Shown here: positions 54,261 to 64,000 of the stretch, piece by piece
Layout of the letters: the number at the start of each line of letters is the position of its first letter
How positions within the stretch are numbered: the stretch's first letter is position 1
Source: Eledone cirrhosa
Lineage: Eukaryota
Reading direction: 5' to 3'
Length of the DNA stretch: 64,000 nt
Assembly: GCA_964016885.1 (NCBI GenBank)
Contig: OZ024747.1
Coordinates: 78,802,001-78,866,000, forward strand
Program-made: the position numbers and the translations under genes
Notes under the pieces: model-generated
The model's input: only the letters and a program-made list of their open reading frames with translations
What the model was told of the DNA's origin: nothing
Database searches by the model: none

Positions 54261-54769
54261 GGTGGCTGCCAACTCGTCCAGCCAGCGACTTGAAAACTCT
54301 GGTACAAACACTACACCTGTGACAATTATTGACACACAGTGCTGGGCCCACGGCACCATGTGACGACAAGTGCAAAGAGATCTCCAGATATAAAGCAATG
54401 CCTGTGCTGTGAAGCTTTTATAGTGAGCAAAGGCACTGCACAAAGCCAGTCCCACTCTCTTAACCAAGATGATATTTACCAAAAAGAAGAACAAATCAAC
54501 ATCATTGGATACCATCAGGGTTGCAGGTGTTATATCAGAGTTTTCCTTCTCCTAGAATTCTGCCTTGACAAAGGCTAAGGGGTCATCTCTCCCAGTGAAG
54601 AGCTCCTCTTCCCTTTGACAGGTTTTGTTTTTAGTCCTGCAGGATGTCCAAAGTCACCCTCCTCACCAAGAAACCTTGGTGAGGTTGCCAGTTTAGTCGC
54701 CAACGACCCGACCATGAGACAGGTTGTACTGGGATACATGTTACCAGTAGCACCAACTGGTGACCTGAC
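54261..54769 (-). mobile_element. Bipartite non-autonomous RTE derivative (5' UTR-like part + zinc-finger 3' end)
   Basis: The minus strand has ctaggagaaggaaaactctg (recognised as an RTE 5' UTR-like motif), then [22 protein letters not shown] and the gagttggcagccacc end shared with 9142-9312. TA on both sides. Confidence 0.6.
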
Positions 54770-54802
<33 letters not shown>

Positions 54803-54804
54803 CA

Positions 54805-57800
54805 TAGTCCTGGGTATGACATTAAACTACATCCAGTGGCAAGGCTCCAGTTCGGGAGTTCAGGAGATGTGGGGAATGTGGAGTTACCCCTTAGTTGTCA
54901 TGACTCCCAGGTCTGCCCTGGCCCGGGGTGGTAGTACCTGTTAGGGCTCCATTTATGGGTTAAATAACTACCTTATTTGAGTGGCGCCGGTAAGGTATTG
55001 TCAGCCATTGAAAAGAAATATGGAGAGTCGATCTAACAGCACTAGGGTTAGAGCCCCTAATTACACTGTCAAGGAGCAGCCTGGTCGTTATGACTCTGCT
55101 GGCTTAGAGCCACAGAGAGGGCCAGTGGATAATGGATCAGCTGTCTCTGAGACAAATATAAAGAATGCAGTTTTGTCCTGCAGAAGAGCCATCAAAATGG
55201 GCACTTTGAATGTGAGGACTATTCAGACGCTGGAAAAGAGAGAGGAGTTGGGACATCTGTTCGAGGAGAGTGGTATACAGATACTTGCGATCCAAGAACA
55301 CAGGATTCTACACGATGAGCCCGTGAGGAGTGTGATGATCGGGAGGAAGAGCCAGCTCATCACTACATCAGCAGTGAAGAACACAACAAATGCTGCAGTA
55401 GGAGGAGTGGGTTTTGTGTTCAGTGCAAAAACCAATCTGTTGGTGAGGGAAATAATGCCTATCTCCCCGCGAGTGTTGAGGGTGACCTTCAATGGAAACC
55501 CAAGACTGACAGTCATCTCAGCCTATAGTCCAACCGAGGGGGACAGTGATGTGAATGCGGAAGAGTTCCATGAGGAGGTGTGTAGAGCTGTCAACACCAC
55601 TCAGGCACACAATATCCTGCTTGTTTTGGGGGACTTCAATGCACATCTGAGTAAGGAGGGCAGTGAAGATCCTTGCTGGTACTTCCATAACAACACCAAC
55701 CGAAATGGAAGACTACTGAGAGACACCCTGCTGGAGGCGAACTTGATGGCGACCAACCTAAGGTTTAGGAAGAATCTGGGGAAGATGTGGACCTACATCT
55801 CAGATGTGCACCTGTCCAAGTCCCAGATTGATTTCATTCTGGTGAGGAAAAAGTGGCGGAATAGTGTTCTGAACACGGAACCATACAGCTATTTCAGTAC
55901 ACTGGGTAGTGACCACCGGCTTGTTATGAGTGAGGTCCGCATGAGCTTAAGAAAGAGCAAGGCTCAGCCCCGGAGAACAATCTATGACTGGGGAGCTTTC
56001 AAGGAAGATGATAAGCTACAGGAGAGGTTCACAGTGGAAGTGAAAAACAGGTTTAGTGCTCTGTGTGGAGAGTCAGAGGAGAGAGAGATTGGATGGACTG
56101 AGGAGAGTGTGACGAGGAGGTACGGGCACTTCACCAATGCAGTGGCGGAAGCAAGTGAAACCCTGGTGCCGAGGAAAAAGAACAAAGGGAAGCACGTCAG
56201 CTCTGCAAACCCAAAAGTGTGTGCAGCCAGAGAACACCTGAAAGCTGCCAGGGACCAATTCTATGCTGATCCTACGGAGGAGAGGATGGAGACTGTGGAG
56301 GTGATGAGGGAAGAGCTCTGTACCGCTTACACTGAGGTCAGAGAGGAGGCCCTGATAGAGAAGATCAGAAGTGTGGAGAGAGCGGTTGACAGATCTGGAT
56401 GTAAGGAGAGCTGGATGATCATCAACGAGATCACAGGGAGGAAGAGAAGGTGTTCGAGTCAGATCCAGGGAACGGGGCCCGAGGATAGGAGGAGGAAATG
56501 GCTAGACCATTTTAGGACCCTACTAGGAGAGCCACCCTCCACAGCCCAGAGCACTGGGGAGATCAGGCGGCTGTTTGAGGAACTGGATGTTGAGACAGAG
56601 CCCTTCACCAGAGAGGAGCTTCAGAGTGCCAAGAAGAGGATCAAGAAGGGCAAGGCTCATGGAGAAGATGGAGTGGCATCAGAGGTGATGAAGAGGTGTG
56701 ATTTTGATGATATCATCCTGGGGTTCTGTAACGGGGCACTGGAGAAAGGAGTTGCCCCGAATCAGTGGAGGATCAGTAACATCGCCCCAGTGCCAAAGAA
56801 GGGAGATCTCTCTAGCACCAACAACTACCGGGGGATCTCACTGACGTCACTTGTGGCAAAGACCCTCAACAGGATGATTCTTAACAGGATCCAGCCTGAG
56901 ATGGAGAAGAAGCTCAGGGACAACCAGAACGGCTTCAGAGAGGGTAGATCAACCACCAGTCACATCCTAATGCTGAGGAGGATATTAGAGGGAGCTAGAG
57001 CAAAGTGCCTTCCTGCGGTCATGGTTTTCATTGACTTTAGGAAGGCCTTTGATTCTGTGGACCGTTACTGTCTGATGAAGATCTTACAGGCTTATGGAAT
57101 CCCCAAGAAGATGGTGGACCTGATATCACTGCTCTACACCAACACCAAAGCCCAAGTCATTACACCTGATGGGATGACAGAGGTTTTTGAGATACTAGCT
57201 GGAGTGCTCCAGAGAGATACATTGGCTCCCTACCTTTTTATCATCGTAGTGGACTATTGTATGCGCCTTGCACTGGAGAAACACCAGGACTCTGGCTTTA
57301 CTGTGGCACCGGCTCAGAGCAGGAGAGTTAGGGCGAAAAAGGTATCGGATGCTGACTTTGCCGACGACATAGTTTTGGTGACAAATACAGTGAAGGAGGC
57401 AGAGGATTTGATGCGGGAGGTTGAGACTGTGTCGATGAGTGTGGGGCTGAGAATGAATGAGACTAAAACAAAATATCTGGTAGAGAATGTTGAGAAGCCA
57501 GAGGGGATCACTAATGTAGGCGGGAAGCCGCTGGAATTGGTTGAGGACTTCCTGTATTTGGGAGCAAAGATTGGGAATACGGAGGAGGATGTGGTTGAGA
57601 GGAAGAGCAAGGCCTGGGCGGCGTGCCACAGCTTGAGATCGGTGTGGAAGTCGGACCTTCGTAGAGACATGAAGCTCCGCCTCTTCATTGCTGTAGTGGA
57701 GTCTGTGCTGCTGTATGGGTCTGAGACTTGGACACTGACCAAGAAACTCACTCAGATGGTGGATGGGTGCTACACGAGAATGCTGAGGATGGCTCTGAAC

Positions 57801-58119
57801 ATTAATCAGTATACACTGAGGATGAAAAACTCAGAGCTGTATGGGAGCATCCCAAAAGTCAGCTCAAAAGTGACACAGAGGAGACTGAGGTTGGCTGGAC
57901 ATGCTCACCGACATCCAGAGTTGACATTGCACTCAGTACTCCTTTGGGAGCCCCCACATGGACACACTAGAAGAGGAAGACCAAGGTTAACGTATGTTGA
58001 TGCCCTAAGGACAGACACTGGTCTGTTGGAGATGCAGGACATGGCAGCGATAATGAGGGACAGAGACCGCTGGAGAGAACTCGTCCATGGATCTCGGGAA
58101 TTTTACCCGCCTTAGATAG

Positions 58120-58122
<3 letters not shown>
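54805..58122 (+). mobile_element. Full-length RTE-clade LINE (second family)
   Basis: ~175-215-bp 5' UTR, a single long ORF, and a stop codon running directly into tagatagata and (TA)n. Confidence 0.92.
54981..58115 (+). CDS. Intact APE endonuclease-reverse transcriptase ORF (1044 codons from GTG; first ATG at 55020)
   Basis: Endonuclease motifs [35 protein letters not shown] motifs [56 protein letters not shown]. No internal stops. Confidence 0.92.
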   Translation: MAPVRYCQPLKRNMESRSNSTRVRAPNYTVKEQPGRYDSAGLEPQRGPVDNGSAVSETNIKNAVLSCRRAIKMGTLNVRTIQTLEKREELGHLFEESGIQILAIQEHRILHDEPVRSVMIGRKSQLITTSAVKNTTNAAVGGVGFVFSAKTNLLVREIMPISPRVLRVTFNGNPRLTVISAYSPTEGDSDVNAEEFHEEVCRAVNTTQAHNILLVLGDFNAHLSKEGSEDPCWYFHNNTNRNGRLLRDTLLEANLMATNLRFRKNLGKMWTYISDVHLSKSQIDFILVRKKWRNSVLNTEPYSYFSTLGSDHRLVMSEVRMSLRKSKAQPRRTIYDWGAFKEDDKLQERFTVEVKNRFSALCGESEEREIGWTEESVTRRYGHFTNAVAEASETLVPRKKNKGKHVSSANPKVCAAREHLKAARDQFYADPTEERMETVEVMREELCTAYTEVREEALIEKIRSVERAVDRSGCKESWMIINEITGRKRRCSSQIQGTGPEDRRRKWLDHFRTLLGEPPSTAQSTGEIRRLFEELDVETEPFTREELQSAKKRIKKGKAHGEDGVASEVMKRCDFDDIILGFCNGALEKGVAPNQWRISNIAPVPKKGDLSSTNNYRGISLTSLVAKTLNRMILNRIQPEMEKKLRDNQNGFREGRSTTSHILMLRRILEGARAKCLPAVMVFIDFRKAFDSVDRYCLMKILQAYGIPKKMVDLISLLYTNTKAQVITPDGMTEVFEILAGVLQRDTLAPYLFIIVVDYCMRLALEKHQDSGFTVAPAQSRRVRAKKVSDADFADDIVLVTNTVKEAEDLMREVETVSMSVGLRMNETKTKYLVENVEKPEGITNVGGKPLELVEDFLYLGAKIGNTEEDVVERKSKAWAACHSLRSVWKSDLRRDMKLRLFIAVVESVLLYGSETWTLTKKLTQMVDGCYTRMLRMALNINQYTLRMKNSELYGSIPKVSSKVTQRRLRLAGHAHRHPELTLHSVLLWEPPHGHTRRGRPRLTYVDALRTDTGLLEMQDMAAIMRDRDRWRELVHGSREFYPP

Positions 58123-60470
<2,348 letters not shown>

Positions 60471-60914
60471 AGAGTGTTGCAGATTTTTACATATGCACAA
60501 CAGATTAATGCTGTGTGTGTGTTTGTGCATCGACCTGTAGCTCCTGGTGGAGTCATAGGTGGACCATAGTCACATACGCTGTTTTAACCTGGCAAAGCTC
60601 ATCCTCTGCAGATCTGAACAATGTTGATTTCTTTCAGAGTAAGAGAGAGAGTGATAGAGAGGAACTGAGAATGAGATATAGACTAAGAAAATAATTAACT
60701 AGCTTTGATAACACACTTATAATAAATGATTTACTACTTTATAATGTAAAACCAAAGTTGTTTGTATTTCACTTGAAGAACACATATTTTATGCTTAGTT
60801 GAAAACAAAAGAGACTCGCTGGACTTATTCTAATCTGCCAGAAAGAACAATAACTCAAATAAAGTAAAGTAATACATGTCAATTCTATAAATATCAAAAT
60901 TTATATAAATGATC

Positions 60915-61385
60915 ATCAACATCATCATCATTGTATTATGTTCGGCATGGGTTGGACAGATTGGCCCAGCCCGAGACTAGATAGGTTAGGAGACCATATC
61001 TGGCTCATATGTTCCATCTTTGACAAGATTTCTACAGCTGCATGTCTTTCCTCATGTTAACCACTTTACAGAGTTCAGCAAGTACATTTTATCATGAACC
61101 CCCTCCCCCCCAGTACTATCTTCTGCAGATTGCACAGAATGCATTTTATCATGATACCAATACTTCTACTTTACAGAATGTACTGAGTGCATTTTATCAT
61201 GGCACTAACACTTTACAGAATGTACCGAGTGCATTTTATTATGGCACTAACACTTTACAGAATGTACCGAGTGCATTATATTATGGCACTAACACTTTAC
61301 AGAATGTACCGAGTGCATTTTATCATGGCACTAACACTAACACTTTACAGAGTGTACTGGATGCGTTTTACTGTGGTACCAGGAG
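60915..61385 (-). mobile_element. Degenerate RTE 3' UTR-related element containing a 42-bp tandem repeat (~5 copies at 61165-61380)
   Basis: gcatgggttggac, tttctacagctgcatg and the unit ctttacagaatgtaccgagtgcattttatcatggcactaaca. Confidence 0.65.
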
Positions 61386-62751
61386 CCTAGATTATGGCAA
61401 CACCAACACATCTTTCAATAAAAATAGGCTTTGTAGTCTATATCAATTAATTATTAAATATAGCTATTCATATATATGTAAATAATTGCAAATACTTCAG
61501 TATGCAAACATGAAAGGACTTAGAAGCAACAACATCAAAATTAACTTGTAAAGAGAGCAGAGATTAAAAGATTATACCTTATCCTTATGTATAAATATAT
61601 GAAGTGTTATGACAGTGAAATGCCATTGTTTAGACTGAGTTTCATAGTTAGTTTTTTCTGGGTCAATAAATAAACATTATATAGTATGCAAGGTAAATTA
61701 GAAGATTTCTCAAATACAAAACAAATATTTTTACATATTTTGCAGTACTTTTGAATAGTATAGTAATGGAGTATATAATATAGTAAAGGTGGCCTAAATA
61801 CAAAACAGCAAATAATGTCAAATTTGAATGTTTCATAATGAAATGTAACTTGTCACAAGAACAAAAACAGACAATAACAGATAGTACAAAGCTTTCTCAA
61901 AGCAAAAATATATTTTTAGTTATATTTAGAAATTCAAAGAAGTGTTCTAATTTATTAAACAAAGTCAGTACCTTTTTTACATATGATATTCCACAATCAT
62001 TCTTGATAAATAGTCTGGAGCCTATTTTTAGTCTTTTATCTTATGAATGTGTATGTTAAGGAGTTCAAGACCAAAGGCAGGGAGTGGATGAGGGAAAGAT
62101 AATGTGGCCTCAATACAAAAAGGGAAATAGTTCATTTAAATGTTCTCTAACCAACTATAAGCATGGGAAAGGCAAAACAAGCTCATTTCACACTTCTTTT
62201 TCTTTAAGACAGTTTCCAGCAGTAAGAAAAAAAAAATGTTTTACTTCCTGTCATTGACACTTGCTTTCATAGAAATACAGATAAAATTTATCCAATTTTT
62301 GAGAAACTCTTAGCTTAACTCTTAACATCCTGTACCACATAAAACCACATTAGCGAGACAACACTGACTGCATTACATTAAATATTAAACACTTGTTTAC
62401 TAATAATTTTCTCAATGATCTATCCACAAGTAAAGATACAAAAAAAAAAACTTTGGTTTACCCAAACCTGTTTTAAATATTTTCTGCTACATCATTATAA
62501 AATGTTAAGAGGTAAAAACACAAAAAAATCTTTTCATTTCTCCACTGTTTGAAATCAGCACAAAGAAATATAATTGAAATATTCTCTATTGATATTAAAC
62601 CACCTAAAACTACCTTCAGTTCATTGATATGAAAATATTTATTTTAAATTGTTTATATCTATATATCTAAAATCCTTTCCTCATAATTTTATGTCAGAAC
62701 CTTTGCTCCAAACACCAACTTAATAATGAAAAGGTTAGTCATATTACTTAG

Positions 62752-63580
62752 CTCTTAAGTCTGGCTTGTTCCATCAGGAACATAAGTCAACCCTTCATCT
62801 CCATCGCTGTCAGTCAGGGGCAGCTCATTGATATTCATGTCAGGTACGTTGACAGTTTTAGGTGGTTTAATATCAATAGAGAAGGTTCGCCACCAGGTCA
62901 TATTTGGTCAGCCTCTTTTCTGTTTGCCTTTGAGGGGGTCCATGTCATCACCGTTTTGGGCTCATAGTGTTCTGGGAGGCAAAGAATGTGACCCGCAAAA
63001 CGGAACCGATGCTCCATGACGATCTCCTGCAGTGCACGCAACTTTGCTCTCTGTAAGATCTCTTCGTTCCTAACCCAATCTCGTTAGTTGACTTTTAGAA
63101 TCTTATGTAGGCACCTTTGATGGCAAGCAACTGCTTGTGCACTGAATAGATCTTTACACTGTGCAATTGAGCAGTCCATCGAGCTACAAAAGCCACTGGT
63201 GGTCAGCTTCATTGACTTTCAAAAAGCATTTGTCAGTGTGAACAGGGAGTCCCTGTGGAGCATTGTGTTTGTATGGGATTCCACAGAGTTTCATTACCAT
63301 CTTCAAAGGTCTGTACGCCAACTTGAGCTGTTACGTGAGAACCAAATTCAGTAAAACAGAGTTCTTGGACATCATCTCCAGGGTCAGACGAGGTTGTATT
63401 CTCTCTCCTCTGTTGTTCCTACTGGCAGCTGATTTAGTATTGAAAAAGACTGCCGATGGAGCCAGTCGGAGGATCTTGTGGAAAGAGAGATCAAGACTGA
63501 AAGACCTGGATTTTGTCGATGACATCGCCTTGCAAGCTGAGGACAACATGGACCTGTAGGAGCTAACAACCACCCTAGGG
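62752..63580. mobile_element. Degenerate RTE LINE with 5' inversion (3' end on -, 62752-63135; RT core on +, 63136-63580)
   Basis: Minus strand: QRCLHKILKV..WVRNEEIL..RFRFAGHIL. Plus strand: FIDFQKAF.SV, YGIP, VRRGCILSPLLF, DLDFVDDIAL. Confidence 0.75.
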
Positions 63581-64000
63581 CATTAAGAGTTAATAGACAA
63601 ATTAATCTGATATAAGATGAAAGGCAAAAGCTGAGCACTAACTGTGAAGCAGAGTATCTAGACCAGCTCTCTATGTTCAGTGCCATTACCACTAAACTTT
63701 AACAATGAATTATGAGATAAGCATAAAATCTGAATTTAAAAAAAAGGCAAGAATCATGTTGAAGAACATCATCCTCATTTTATGACCCTTTTCCATGCTG
63801 GCATGGGTTTAATAGGTTACCACTGTCCAGAACTAGAAGGTTTGGAGAGCCTATGTCTTGCTCGTACATTCCACATTCTGGCATGGTTTCTACAATTGAA
63901 TGCCCTTCCCAATGCCAACTACTTTATAGTGCATTTTATTGTGATACCAGTGCCAAAGAGAGGTTGTTTTGTACCAAGGTAGCGGAAGAATCAGCTCTAC

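Noticed and set aside
61042-61485. 147-aa repeat protein (TNTLQNVPSAFYHG)n
   Set aside because: The 42-bp unit is the antisense of an RTE 3' UTR module; the open frame is incidental.

Overview
AT-rich eukaryotic genomic DNA made almost entirely of repeats. The SINE and LINE families and the huge (TA/TACA)n tracts suggest a coleoid cephalopod such as an octopus; this is an inference from repeat recognition, not a database result. No host protein-coding gene can be firmly supported. From 1 to 34.7 kb there are tRNA-derived SINEs, TTAA-flanked MITEs, RTE tail remnants, two minisatellites and a frameshifted Neptune-type Penelope-like element (PLE) whose terminal repeats carry hammerhead motifs. 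From 34.8 to 60.5 kb about nine retroelement insertions sit in one (TA)n/(TATACA)n tract: CR1-group LINEs, RTE LINEs (one with an intact ~1030-aa ORF, two with a PHD-like C4HC3 finger inside the RT region), PLE-type remnants and non-autonomous derivatives. The most striking feature is at 37.6-42.9 kb. It is an array of ~17 apparently identical, non-coding, strongly self-complementary 310-bp units. Each unit holds a complete type I hammerhead ribozyme, and the units form two head-to-head blocks (5 on -, 12 on +) whose 3' ends both join TA repeats. It looks like a retrotransposed concatemer of a viroid-like circular RNA (retrozyme), plausibly mobilised by a PLE.
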